Translations under genes and position numbers: made by a program | Assembly: GCA_963843145.1 (NCBI GenBank) | Contig: CAWJJC010000020.1 | Span: forward strand, 704,001-768,000 | DNA length: 64,000 nt | From: an uncultured delta proteobacterium | GTDB lineage: Bacteria; Desulfobacterota; RBG-13-43-22 | Direction of reading: 5' to 3' | Notes under the pieces: model-generated | What the model saw: only the letters and a program-made list of their open reading frames with translations | The model's database searches: none | What the model was told of the DNA's origin: nothing | Part shown: in pieces, positions 20,431-29,865 of the stretch | Position numbering within the stretch: the first letter of the stretch is position 1 | How the letters are laid out: each line of letters opens with the position of its first letter

Positions 20431-21455
20431 TGCGCATCCGAAGGTTCGAAGCCGAAAATATGCAAGAGGCCATGAAACAGGTCAAGGCCGTTTTGGGCCC
20501 GGAGGCCTTAATCCTTTCCTCCCGGTCGATCAAAAATCCAAATCAGCCGCACCAGTCGATTTTTGAAATCGTAGCCGCCATGGACCCTGACCCGACACCG
20601 GCCTTTCCCAAACCACCGCCCCGAGCGCCTTCCCGAAACCGGCCTTATTCTTCGGAAGTTCGCTCGGGGTCGCCTTCCCCCGAGAGGATCGTGGAAAAAC
20701 TTCTGGCCTGCGGGCTCTCCCCGGATTGGGTGAGCCCCTTGATCCGGGAGCTCAAGACCCTCTCCGGGAAGGAAAAAGGTCTCGCGGGAGAACAATTCCA
20801 GGATTATCTCGTCCGAAGACTGGCGGACGGGGTGGAAGTAGCCGGCCCGCAACAATCCGCCGGCCGGGTCTATGCCCTGATCGGTCCCACCGGGGTGGGG
20901 AAAACGACGACCATCGCCAAGTTGGCCGCTTATTTCAGTTTAAAAATGGCTCAAAGAGTCCTGCTGCTGACCATTGACACCTATCGGATTGGGGCGGTAG
21001 AACAACTGGCCACCTACGCCCGTATTCTGGGCCTTCCCCTGAAGGTGGCGGCCAGCCCGAAAGAACTAAAATCCTGTCTGGAAGAGCGGGGTGAACAGGA
21101 TCTGGTGCTGATTGATACCGCGGGCCGAAGTCCCAATAACACCGGAATGCTGGATGAGTTACGGGACTTTCTGACCGTTTCTCCGGTTATTGGGAGCCAC
21201 CTGGTGGTCAGCGCCACCACCAAAGAGGGGGACTTAAAAAAGATTATCTCCGGATTCAGCGGCCTCCCCCTGGAAGGATATATCTGCACCAAGCTCGATG
21301 AAACGGACCACTATCTCCCGCTGCTCAATCAATTGGTGCCGACCCGACGTCCCTTGGCCTATTTTACCCACGGCCAGCGGGTACCCGAGGATTTGGAGCA
21401 GGTTACCAAGTCCCGGATCGTCCGATTATTATCCAATCAAATTCATTGGAATTGA
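20430..21455 (+). CDS. flhF: SRP-type GTPase FlhF
   Basis: GPTGVGKTTTIAKLAA, DTYRIGA, DTAGRS, TKLDE, GQRVPEDL. Confidence 0.96.
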   Translation: MRIRRFEAENMQEAMKQVKAVLGPEALILSSRSIKNPNQPHQSIFEIVAAMDPDPTPAFPKPPPRAPSRNRPYSSEVRSGSPSPERIVEKLLACGLSPDWVSPLIRELKTLSGKEKGLAGEQFQDYLVRRLADGVEVAGPQQSAGRVYALIGPTGVGKTTTIAKLAAYFSLKMAQRVLLLTIDTYRIGAVEQLATYARILGLPLKVAASPKELKSCLEERGEQDLVLIDTAGRSPNNTGMLDELRDFLTVSPVIGSHLVVSATTKEGDLKKIISGFSGLPLEGYICTKLDETDHYLPLLNQLVPTRRPLAYFTHGQRVPEDLEQVTKSRIVRLLSNQIHWN

Positions 21456-21469
21456 TGAGGGGGCCCCGG

Positions 21470-22387
21470 ATGGATCAAGCCGAAGGTTTAAGGAAGATGG
21501 TCAACGGCGCCCAGGTTGATTTTAAGGCCCTGCAGTCCGCCCCCAGCGCCTCGCTGTCGCCGACGGACAGCCCGCAGGTGATCTCCATTTCCAGCGGCAA
21601 AGGCGGAGTGGGGAAAACCAATATTGTGGCCAACCTGGCTTTGGCCCTGACCCGGTTAGGGAAGAGGGTTCTGATCCTGGATGCCGACCTGGGATTGGCG
21701 AATATTGATATTTTACTCGGATTGACTCCGCGCTACACCATCGAGCACTTGCTGACCGGTCAGAAGCGATTAGAGGATATTTTAGTCCAGGGTCCGGAAG
21801 GAATGGTGATCCTGCCGGCCGGGTCCGGGATCCCGGAACTGGCCGACTTAAATGAGGGTCAAAAACTTTTTCTCTTGAGCGAGATGGATCAATTGTCGCA
21901 GCGCATCGATCTCCTCTTGATTGACACCGGAGCGGGAATCTCGGCTAATGTGCTCTATTTCAACCTGGCCGCCCAGGAATCGATCATCATTATCACCCCG
22001 GAGCCCACTTCCCTGACCGATGCCTATGCTTTGATCAAGGTGCTGGCCACCCGACATCAAAAAAAGCATTTTATGGTCCTCGCCAATTCCGTGACCACTG
22101 AACCGGAGGCCAAGGAAGTCTTTAGAAAAATCAGTCTGGTCGCCGATCGTTTTTTAGGCAGTGTCTCTTTGGATTACCTGGGGTTTATTCCTCTGGATGA
22201 ACATGTCCTCAAGGCGGTCAGGAAACAAAAGGCCGTCTTGGAGCTCTTTCCGCAATCTCCGGCCGGGAAAAGTTTTATGGCCCTCTCGCAGCGCCTGCTG
22301 GACCGGCCCTTTCGTAACCGCAACGAAGGCAATATTCAGTTTTTCTGGAAGCAGGTCTGGGAGCATTCCCATTTTAATGTCTCATGA
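21470..22387 (+). CDS. flhG: MinD-like ATPase FlhG/FleN
   Basis: MDQAEGLR N-terminus, SGKGGVGKT, DADLGLAN, PEPTSLTDAY. Confidence 0.95.
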   Translation: MDQAEGLRKMVNGAQVDFKALQSAPSASLSPTDSPQVISISSGKGGVGKTNIVANLALALTRLGKRVLILDADLGLANIDILLGLTPRYTIEHLLTGQKRLEDILVQGPEGMVILPAGSGIPELADLNEGQKLFLLSEMDQLSQRIDLLLIDTGAGISANVLYFNLAAQESIIIITPEPTSLTDAYALIKVLATRHQKKHFMVLANSVTTEPEAKEVFRKISLVADRFLGSVSLDYLGFIPLDEHVLKAVRKQKAVLELFPQSPAGKSFMALSQRLLDRPFRNRNEGNIQFFWKQVWEHSHFNVS

Positions 22388-23205
22388 AAAGGATGGCTGC
22401 TTTGAAAGCAAGTTTACAAAATTTTAGCCAGGTGAACGGATCGGCCCCCTTGAGGGCCTACGGCTCCGACCCGGAACCGTCGGCCGAGCGGGAGACCTTG
22501 ATTCTCAAGTACGCCCCGTTAATCAAATACATCGCCCATCGTTTGGCCATGCGGCTGCCGGCTCACGTCTCCGTGGAAGATTTGATCAGCGCCGGGGCCA
22601 TCGGATTGATGGATGCCCTGAATAAATTTGACCCGGGCAAGAAGGTCCAGTTCTCCACCTATGCGGAGTACCGGATTAAAGGGGCCATGCTGGACGAATT
22701 GAGGGCCCTGGACTGGGTACCTCGTTCGGTGCGGCAGAAAATGTCTCGTCTGGACAAGGCCTACTGGGAACTAGAAAAAGAAAAAGGACGCCCGGTGGAA
22801 GATGAGGAGATGGCCGAGGCCTTGGGGGTGACGCTGACCGATTTTTATGGACTGCTCAATGACACCAATCGGGTATCGCTCCTGGATATCGAAAACCTAC
22901 CGCGTCAATTAGCCGGTTTAAAAGATGATGAATTGGTGCAGTTGCTCCGGGATGATGAACATCGGGACCCCGCCTTTCAATTAAGCCTCATGGAAGTGAA
23001 AAAAATCTTGGCCCAGGCCATCGAGCGATTGTCCCAGAAGGAAAAAACCATCATCTCGCTTTATTATTATGAAGAAATGACCTTAAAGGAAATTGGCCAG
23101 ATTATGGGATTTACCGAATCCCGAATTTGCCAAATTCATTCCAAAGTTATCTTGAAGTTACGGGGCCAACTGAAAAAAGTATTCGATGCGGAAAGGGTAT
23201 CATGA
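22384..23205 (+). CDS. fliA: RNA polymerase sigma28 FliA
   Basis: RIKGAMLDELR..DWVPRS, LYYYEEMTLKEIG, TESRICQIH. Confidence 0.97.
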   Translation: MKRMAALKASLQNFSQVNGSAPLRAYGSDPEPSAERETLILKYAPLIKYIAHRLAMRLPAHVSVEDLISAGAIGLMDALNKFDPGKKVQFSTYAEYRIKGAMLDELRALDWVPRSVRQKMSRLDKAYWELEKEKGRPVEDEEMAEALGVTLTDFYGLLNDTNRVSLLDIENLPRQLAGLKDDELVQLLRDDEHRDPAFQLSLMEVKKILAQAIERLSQKEKTIISLYYYEEMTLKEIGQIMGFTESRICQIHSKVILKLRGQLKKVFDAERVS

Positions 23206-23232
23206 CTTCTGGTCAAAAAGAGGGAGCTGGAT

Positions 23233-23613
23233 ATGGATGTTAAGATGAAGGTTTTGGTGGTGGATGATTTTTCCACTATGCGGCGGATTGTCAAAAATAT
23301 TCTTCGGCAGTTGGGATTTGAAAACATCCTGGAAGCCGACGACGGGATGAGCGCCCTGGACGTGTTGCGCAGTCAGAAGGTCGATTTCATCATTTCCGAC
23401 TGGAATATGCCTCGCTTTTCCGGGATCGAACTGCTAAAAGCCGTCCGGACCAATGAAGAGTGGAAAGACCTCCCCTTCCTGATGGTTACGGCCGAAGGTC
23501 AAAAGGAAAACGTGATTGAGGCCGTCAAAGCCAAGGTCAGCAATTATATTGTCAAGCCTTTTACGCCGGAAACGTTGGCCGAAAAGATTAAGAAAATTTT
23601 TGAAAAAGGGTAA
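23233..23613 (+). CDS. cheY: Chemotaxis response regulator CheY
   Basis: VVDDFSTMRRI, SDWNMP, MVTAE, YIVKPF. Confidence 0.96.
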   Translation: MDVKMKVLVVDDFSTMRRIVKNILRQLGFENILEADDGMSALDVLRSQKVDFIISDWNMPRFSGIELLKAVRTNEEWKDLPFLMVTAEGQKENVIEAVKAKVSNYIVKPFTPETLAEKIKKIFEKG

Positions 23614-23616
23614 ATC

Positions 23617-24106
23617 ATGAATCGACGGAGACGGTTTTTTTTCTCAAAAAAAGGATGGGGCCTGATCCTCCTGGCGCTGACCATCTGCGGAGGATGGTTG
23701 CTCTCCAGCCAGGGACGGCCGGGGGATGACCGGCTAACCGCCTTTTTATTCACTAAAGCCGCTACCCCTTTACCCGTCCGGGAAATACCCGGAACCGGGC
23801 GCAGAGAAATGAAGGGCTGGAAGCTGACTCCTTTTTGGCTGTCGCTGGTTCACCAGGGACAGCCTACCCTGGCGGAGATTCGGGTGGCCTTGCAGCTAGC
23901 CGCCCCCTTCAGTCCTGATGAAGGATCGATCCGCTTAAGGGAATTGCGGGAGACCGTTTGGAGTGTTATCCAGGCGCCCGAAGCTACTCTGTTGCAACCG
24001 GGGGGAAGAAATCGGATGGAAGAGACTTTGACGCGTTCGCTTGAATGAGCACATTTTTCAAGGAACACTAAAGGGGGTAACGCTGGAGATCTTTCCCTGG
24101 TCGTAG
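23617..24106 (+). pseudogene. Divergent second FliL-like protein with an apparent +1 frameshift at about 24037
   Basis: ORF 23617-24048 has a TM segment and FliL-like LRE..V..Q..GR.R; removing one T in CGT-T-CGC gives RRLNEHIFQGTLKGVTLEIFPWS* (stop 24106), resembling a FliL C-terminus. Confidence 0.55.
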
Positions 24107-24143
24107 AGTTCCCAGGAACCGGCCTTCCTCTCCGGAAATCGTT

Positions 24144-24362
24144 ATGGCTGACAGTTTCCTTTCCACACCGCTCAATCAAACGGCACCGGTGAATCGCCTC
24201 CGGGATTCCAAACAGGAGGTGCCGGACCGCTACGGGAAAAGGCCGCGCCCGAAGAAACCCGAAGGGCTGCCCCCGAAGTCGGAAGAAAAAGAGAAATCCG
24301 CAACCCCGGAGATCGAAGAGGAAACCAAAAAATCCGGGAAGATTTTGGACATCGTCATCTGA
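24144..24362 (+). CDS. Small charged hypothetical protein (C-terminal GKILDIVI)
   Basis: Compact ORF inside the operon; the C-terminal ..LDI.I motif is common in flagellar-linked small proteins. Confidence 0.6.
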   Translation: MADSFLSTPLNQTAPVNRLRDSKQEVPDRYGKRPRPKKPEGLPPKSEEKEKSATPEIEEETKKSGKILDIVI

Positions 24363-24369
24363 AAAAATT

Positions 24370-24843
24370 ATGAATATGGAAAATCCCATCTTTTGGATGA
24401 CCGTCGTCGAAGGGGCGGCCATTGTGATCTTATCCGTCTCGATCCTCTGGATGCTCTGGGCCAAAAGAACCGGAAAGTGGGCTGCCGGCGAGGCCGCCGA
24501 CGAGCAAGCGCCGGCGCTGCCGATCGAAGAACTCAGGCAACTAATGGCAGAATCCCAGGTCATTACCCAGGACCTGGCCGGAAATTTAAAGGAAAAAAAA
24601 TTGATTTCCCAGCAATTGCTAGCGCAATTGGATGAAAAAATCAATAAATTAACCTGGCTGCTGGGTCGGGCCGAGGAAGCATCCCTTCAGCCTCGGCCTA
24701 CGGAGAACACCACCAACATCTATGTTAAAGCTATTGAACTGGCGGATCAAGGCCTTTCCCTACCGGAAATAGAGCAACAACTCCACCTGGCCAAGGGGGA
24801 GGTCCAATTGCTGTTGGACCTGAAAGCCTACTGCCTGAAATAA
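24370..24843 (+). CDS. DUF2802/DUF6115-like membrane-anchored coiled-coil protein with C-terminal HTH-like segment
   Basis: N-terminal TM; YVKAIELADQGLS..EI..LHLAKGEVQLLL. Confidence 0.7.
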   Translation: MNMENPIFWMTVVEGAAIVILSVSILWMLWAKRTGKWAAGEAADEQAPALPIEELRQLMAESQVITQDLAGNLKEKKLISQQLLAQLDEKINKLTWLLGRAEEASLQPRPTENTTNIYVKAIELADQGLSLPEIEQQLHLAKGEVQLLLDLKAYCLK

Positions 24844-24859
24844 ATCTTCGAGGACCTTC

Positions 24860-25948
24860 GTGCCGATCCCCTCTTTGGACGCCATCCTAAACACCGTCGG
24901 AATAACCCTTCTGCCTGCCAAACCGATCGATCGGGACTCGTTCACTCTGGGAGAAATCATCCCGGTGAAATGGGTACGTTCCCTGGACCCGCAGCGGATC
25001 CTCATCCAGGTTAAAGGGAGGGAACTGGTTGCCGAAACGGCTTTCCCCCTTCCCGAGGGGACTGAATTCCAGGCGCGGGTGGAGCAATTGGAACCCCGCC
25101 TAATTTTTAAGTTCCTGATGCCGGCCAGCGGCGATTCGGTTTCTTTCAGCCTGCTTAAAAAATATTGGGTCGGCGATCCGCCGCTGGAGAGGCTGGTCGA
25201 AAGCTGGAAAGCGCTCGAAAACTCCCAAGGACCTTCTCTGCCCAAGGAAGTTCAGGAGACCTGGACCCGAATCCGGGAGACGATCAAGATTTTTTCCGGG
25301 ATGCTGGAAGCCGGCGCGGATCCCCAGGCCCTGGCCCGGATCATTGATCAATCGGGTCTGAACTTGGAAAATAAAATGCGGCGAATAATCGATGCGGACG
25401 GAAAGCCTTTCCCCGCAGACCTGCTGCTAGGGGACCTGAAAGGCCTGCTCTTAAAAATGAAGGCCCAGTTGGAACGGGCTGCACCGGAAACGGCTCGTGA
25501 ACTTCAACCCCTTATCCAGAAGATGGAGCTCTACCAATTGCTCAATGCCGGGGAGGGAGACCCTTCTAAACTCCTCCTCCTAATTCCCTTTCTTTTCCCG
25601 GAAGGGCTTCGCTGGACGGAAATCCTGTTTTCCGGGGATCGGGGAGGCCGAGAGTCCGCCGAAGAACGGGGAAACGGCCTTCTTTTTCTCCTGGACCTGC
25701 CGGCCCTGGGAAAATTGCAGGTTGAGATCCAGATCCGTGAAAACCGTCTGCACGGCCGTTTCAAAACGCCGGATCCAAGAATCGGGGAATATCTGCAGGA
25801 AAACCTGTCCCGACTGGCAGACCGCCTGGGGCTGGCCGGATATTTGGCGGATATCGAAATCCGGGTGGTGGACCCGCAGCAACTCCAGGAGATCCTACCG
25901 GCCCGGCTGGAAAGTTTCCCGGATTCCTTGATGAGCCTGGTGGTTTGA
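24860..25948 (+). CDS. FliK-like protein (second hook-length-control C-terminal domain)
   Basis: SGLNLENK, LDLPALGKLQVEI..L.ENLSRL..RL; adjacent to FlhB-CTD gene. Confidence 0.7.
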   Translation: MPIPSLDAILNTVGITLLPAKPIDRDSFTLGEIIPVKWVRSLDPQRILIQVKGRELVAETAFPLPEGTEFQARVEQLEPRLIFKFLMPASGDSVSFSLLKKYWVGDPPLERLVESWKALENSQGPSLPKEVQETWTRIRETIKIFSGMLEAGADPQALARIIDQSGLNLENKMRRIIDADGKPFPADLLLGDLKGLLLKMKAQLERAAPETARELQPLIQKMELYQLLNAGEGDPSKLLLLIPFLFPEGLRWTEILFSGDRGGRESAEERGNGLLFLLDLPALGKLQVEIQIRENRLHGRFKTPDPRIGEYLQENLSRLADRLGLAGYLADIEIRVVDPQQLQEILPARLESFPDSLMSLVV

Positions 25949-26235
25949 TGTCGCGGAAAAAGGAATTTCACCAGGCGGCTGCCTTGAAATATCACCCGGG
26001 CCGGGATTCGGCCCCCCGGGTCACGGCCCAAGGGTCCGGCCTGGTGGCGGAAAAGATCATTGATCTGGCTCGCCGAAACGGCATTCCCATTAAGGAGGAT
26101 CCGGCCCTGATTCAGGTCCTGTCAAAACTGGATCTCAATCAGGAAATTCCACCGGCTGTTTATGTAGTGGTGGCCGAGATCCTGGCCTTCGTCTATTCCC
26201 TTAACAAAGGATACGCGGCAGCCAAGAAATCTTAA
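25948..26235 (+). CDS. Stand-alone FlhB C-terminal domain protein (EscU/YscU/FlhX family)
   Basis: AALKY..APRV.A.G.G.VAEKII..IP..EDP.L..EIPP..Y..VAEILAFVY. Confidence 0.92.
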   Translation: MSRKKEFHQAAALKYHPGRDSAPRVTAQGSGLVAEKIIDLARRNGIPIKEDPALIQVLSKLDLNQEIPPAVYVVVAEILAFVYSLNKGYAAAKKS

Positions 26236-26450
26236 GTTTAGGCGACAAAACCTCACTCTAGGTAAAAATTTCCTATCCGGGCAAAACGGCACCCCCTGGA
26301 GGGACTCCGGGGAAGCAATTCAAGCCCTCTTTCGGGCTGATACTTATCGGGTGGGCCCGAGAGATAAAAAATAGATAACGAATTTAATTAGTTAAGTTTA
26401 GCGGGGCCATGGCCGGCCTGGCCAAGGATTCGGCCCCAGGACAGACCAAA

Positions 26451-26466
26451 TGGCACAGGCATTGCA
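26451..26466 (+). promoter_or_regulatory. Sigma54 promoter of the flgF operon
   Basis: TGGCAC-AGGCA-TTGCA. Confidence 0.9.
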
Positions 26467-26498
26467 GACATGAATAATAAACGAGGGGAGAGACGATC

Positions 26499-27224
26499 TT
26501 GAATCAAAACCTGGCCCCGCTGGGCGCCTTACATCAGGAACGAAGAATCAGCATCCTGGCCAATAACCTGAGCAATTCCATGACGGTGGGTTTCAAAAAA
26601 GATATCCCTGTTTTCAATTCCATTTTTTATCATGAACAGGAACAACTCAGAAATCAAAAGATGGAGACCACCCAGACCGATTTCAGCCAGGGGGAACTCC
26701 AGCGGACCGGCAACGACCTGGACCTGGCCCTGACCGGGGAAGGATTTTTTAAGATCAGCACTCCGTTGGGAATCCGCTACTCCCGAGCCGGTAATTTCCG
26801 GCTGGATACCCAGGGACGATTGGTCAACGCCGGCGGCTATCCGGTATTGGGAGAGGGTGGGGAAATCGTCCTGGACGGCAAGAAGAAGATCACCGTGGGT
26901 ACGGATGGGACCATCCGGGCCCAAGGGGTGGAAGCCGGCAGCACAGCGGAAACCGTGGGCAAGCCGGTCTTAGTGCGATTTAAGGATTCGAGTCTGCTCA
27001 AGAAAGAGGGACACGCCCTTTTTCGTCTCGATGAACCCCAGCCGGAACTGGGGGCGGAAGGGTTGGAGGTCCAACAGGGTTACCTGGAAACAGCCAATGT
27101 GAACGCCGTGGAAGAAATGACCAAAATGATGGAGGCCTTCCGGACCTATGAGAACTGCCTGAAAATTATGCAGGCTAATGATGAAATGACCGGCAAAGCC
27201 GTCAACGAGGTGGGTCGAACGTAA
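26499..27224 (+). CDS. flgF: Flagellar rod protein FlgF
   Basis: ANNLSN..TVGFKKD, TGNDLDLAL.GEGFF, YSRAGNF, LETANVNAVEEM. Confidence 0.9.
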   Translation: MNQNLAPLGALHQERRISILANNLSNSMTVGFKKDIPVFNSIFYHEQEQLRNQKMETTQTDFSQGELQRTGNDLDLALTGEGFFKISTPLGIRYSRAGNFRLDTQGRLVNAGGYPVLGEGGEIVLDGKKKITVGTDGTIRAQGVEAGSTAETVGKPVLVRFKDSSLLKKEGHALFRLDEPQPELGAEGLEVQQGYLETANVNAVEEMTKMMEAFRTYENCLKIMQANDEMTGKAVNEVGRT

Positions 27225-27282
27225 CCCAATGAGTCTTACCTAAAATTCAATCGAAATGAATGAATAAGGAGAAAGATACAAG

Positions 27283-28065
27283 ATGATACGCGGACTCTGG
27301 ACGGCAGCCACCGGCATGTCGGCCCAACAATCGAATGTGGCCGTTATCGCCAACAACCTGGCCAATGTTAATACCGCCGGCTTCAAACGAAGCCGGACCA
27401 ATTTCCAGGATTTGATGTACCAAAATATCCGCAACGCCGGTGCTTCGACTTCGGAAGGAAGCCAGTTGCCGGTGGGCATCCAAGTGGGCATGGGCACCAA
27501 GGTCATTTCGGTCAGCAAAAATTTTCAACAGGGGGATTACACCCATACCAACAACCCCCTGGATCTGGCCATTGACGGCCGCGGTTTTTTCAAATTGATC
27601 AGTAACGACCGGGAAGTGTACACCCGGGCCGGGTCCTTCAAAACCGACAAGGATGGATACATCATGGATAGCAATGGGAGCCGGCTCCAGCCTGAATTTG
27701 CCGTGCCCTCCCAAACCACGACCATCACCGTGGGTTCGGGGGGGAAATTGGTCTGCACCGATGCCGGCGGCAAGGAATTGGGGAGTGTCCAGATGCAGGT
27801 CTATGATTTCATCAATCCCGCCGGGCTTCAGGCCATCGGACAGAATTACTTTGTCAATACCGACGGATCCGGAGACCCGGTGGAAGGCAACCCCGGCACG
27901 GACCAATTTGGGTCCATCAGCCAAGGGTTCCTAGAAATGTCCAACGTGGACATCGTCGAGGAAATGGTGACCATGATCATCGCCCAACGGGCCTATGAAA
28001 TCAGCGCCAAGGCGATTCAAACCGGGGATGAAATGCTCCAACAAGTGAATAATCTCAAGCGGTAA
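27283..28065 (+). CDS. flgG: Flagellar distal rod protein FlgG
   Basis: 260 aa, ANNLANVNTAGFK, FQDLMYQ, LEMSNV, AQRAYE. Confidence 0.97.
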   Translation: MIRGLWTAATGMSAQQSNVAVIANNLANVNTAGFKRSRTNFQDLMYQNIRNAGASTSEGSQLPVGIQVGMGTKVISVSKNFQQGDYTHTNNPLDLAIDGRGFFKLISNDREVYTRAGSFKTDKDGYIMDSNGSRLQPEFAVPSQTTTITVGSGGKLVCTDAGGKELGSVQMQVYDFINPAGLQAIGQNYFVNTDGSGDPVEGNPGTDQFGSISQGFLEMSNVDIVEEMVTMIIAQRAYEISAKAIQTGDEMLQQVNNLKR

Positions 28066-28095
28066 GAGATTCTTTTGGATCTTATTAGGCAGACT

Positions 28096-29085
28096 ATGAA
28101 AAATTCATGGCGTACTTTGGGAATCATAATCGGCTCCGGGCTACTGAGCCTGGGGCTTATGGCCGGGGCCGGCAAGGCGGAGTCCGGCCCGCGAATGCTT
28201 TTCAAAAGCCGGGCGACTGTTTCCGGTGAATGGATCCGGGTCGGCGATATAGCGGACCTCAAAGGGCTGCGGAGCGCCTTGACGGCGGAGATCAATCAAT
28301 TGCCGATCAAAGAGGCTCCCGAACCCGGGGAGGCCGCGGTGGTGACCCGCGAGGAGATCGCCTCGGCCCTAGAGACCGTCCCGGAGTGGATTCGGCGGCC
28401 TTGGGAGCTCGCGCCTCAGAAAATCACCGTTATTCGAGAAGGGCGTGTCCTGGGAGCGGAAGAGATCGGTCGAATCATAGCAGGTCATATCAGTAAGAAT
28501 CTGCCTGGGGGAAATCTCCAAGTGGAGGTGCGGGAGGTGCGGAATTTCGAGGAAGTCACCCTGCCGGCGGAAGCCCGATCCTGCAAGGTTTGGATTTCGG
28601 AACCCCTGCGCAAAGGCGGATGGGTTCGAGCCAACCTGGTCTTCTACGGGAAGGGAAAAGAAATAGAACGAATGACCGTGAACGCCCAGGTGGACCTTTA
28701 TCAAAAAGTGGTAGTGGCCGACCGCTACCTGAAGCGGCATCAGGAAATTCAGGCCGAGGACCTCCGGGTCATGCCCGTTAATCTTCAGCAACTGCCCCCG
28801 GATGCGGTCACCGACCCCCAGGAGGTCCTGGGGAAACGAATGATCGTCAACCTCAACGGACGGGAACCCATCCGGGCCTCCCTGCTCGAGGTCCCGCCTC
28901 TGGTTAAAAAGGGGGATGTGGTCAATGTCATCCTGGAAAGAAACAGCCTGCGGATTTCCTGCCTCGGCGAGATTAAGGAGACCGGGCGAAAAGGCGACCG
29001 GGTGAAACTGGTCAATCTCGGAAGCAAGAAAGAATTGTTCGCCCGGGTAGTAGACGCCGGCACCGTCCAACTGGATGTCAATTAA
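28096..29085 (+). CDS. flgA: P-ring assembly chaperone FlgA
   Basis: Signal peptide, SAF domain, PPLVKKGD..G..GDRVKLVN..SKK. Confidence 0.92.
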   Translation: MKNSWRTLGIIIGSGLLSLGLMAGAGKAESGPRMLFKSRATVSGEWIRVGDIADLKGLRSALTAEINQLPIKEAPEPGEAAVVTREEIASALETVPEWIRRPWELAPQKITVIREGRVLGAEEIGRIIAGHISKNLPGGNLQVEVREVRNFEEVTLPAEARSCKVWISEPLRKGGWVRANLVFYGKGKEIERMTVNAQVDLYQKVVVADRYLKRHQEIQAEDLRVMPVNLQQLPPDAVTDPQEVLGKRMIVNLNGREPIRASLLEVPPLVKKGDVVNVILERNSLRISCLGEIKETGRKGDRVKLVNLGSKKELFARVVDAGTVQLDVN

Positions 29086-29097
29086 GGGAACTGAACT

Positions 29098-29787
29098 ATG
29101 ACCCAATCCAAGAAAATAACCTGGGGAATCTTCATCCTGCTATCGATGGCTACCGGGGCCTGCATGCCCTTAACCTCCCACCGCTTGAATGCCACCCCGG
29201 TTGATCCGGCCCCGGCGGAGATCGCCGCCGTCTCGGAGGAGGGCTCCCTCTGGTCGGCCTCGACGGCCGCCAACCTCTTTACGGATTTAAAGGCCTCCCA
29301 CGTCAATGATATCCTCACCATCAGCATCGTGGAAACAGCTTCCGCCTCGAATAACGCCTCGACCAGCCTCGACCGGCAATCCGGATTGAAGGCCGGTTGG
29401 AGCGGGATACTGGAGGCCTTCCAGCAATTAGGCATGATCAAGGAATTGGGGAATTCTCACTCAGTCGATTTCGGGAACAAATTTGACGGCCAGGGAACCA
29501 CCACCAACTCTTCTAAACTGACGGCTTTCATTACCGCCCGAGTGATCAAGGTCCGGCCCAACGGCAATTTGGTCATCCGGGGGGCCAGGGACGTGCGGGT
29601 CAATAACGAGAACCAGTATATCTATCTTCAAGGTGAAGTCCGCCCGGTAGATATCTCCTCCAGCAATGTCGTCCTGTCCACCTACATCGCCGACGCGGTC
29701 ATCGAGCTGAGCGGCTACGGGGTAATCAGCGACAAGCAGCATCCGGGTTTAGTGGCCCGACTCCTGGATTGGATCTGGCCGTTTTAG
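29098..29787 (+). CDS. flgH: L-ring lipoprotein FlgH
   Basis: Lipobox (TGAC), GSLW, LFTD.KA..V.DILTI, PNGNL.I.G, C-terminal WPF. Confidence 0.96.
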   Translation: MTQSKKITWGIFILLSMATGACMPLTSHRLNATPVDPAPAEIAAVSEEGSLWSASTAANLFTDLKASHVNDILTISIVETASASNNASTSLDRQSGLKAGWSGILEAFQQLGMIKELGNSHSVDFGNKFDGQGTTTNSSKLTAFITARVIKVRPNGNLVIRGARDVRVNNENQYIYLQGEVRPVDISSSNVVLSTYIADAVIELSGYGVISDKQHPGLVARLLDWIWPF

Positions 29788-29865
29788 TATGAAAATATAT
29801 TCTGGATAAAGATCAACAGCGATACTGGATAAAAAACAATATTTCCGGAACGAAAGAAACGCTAA

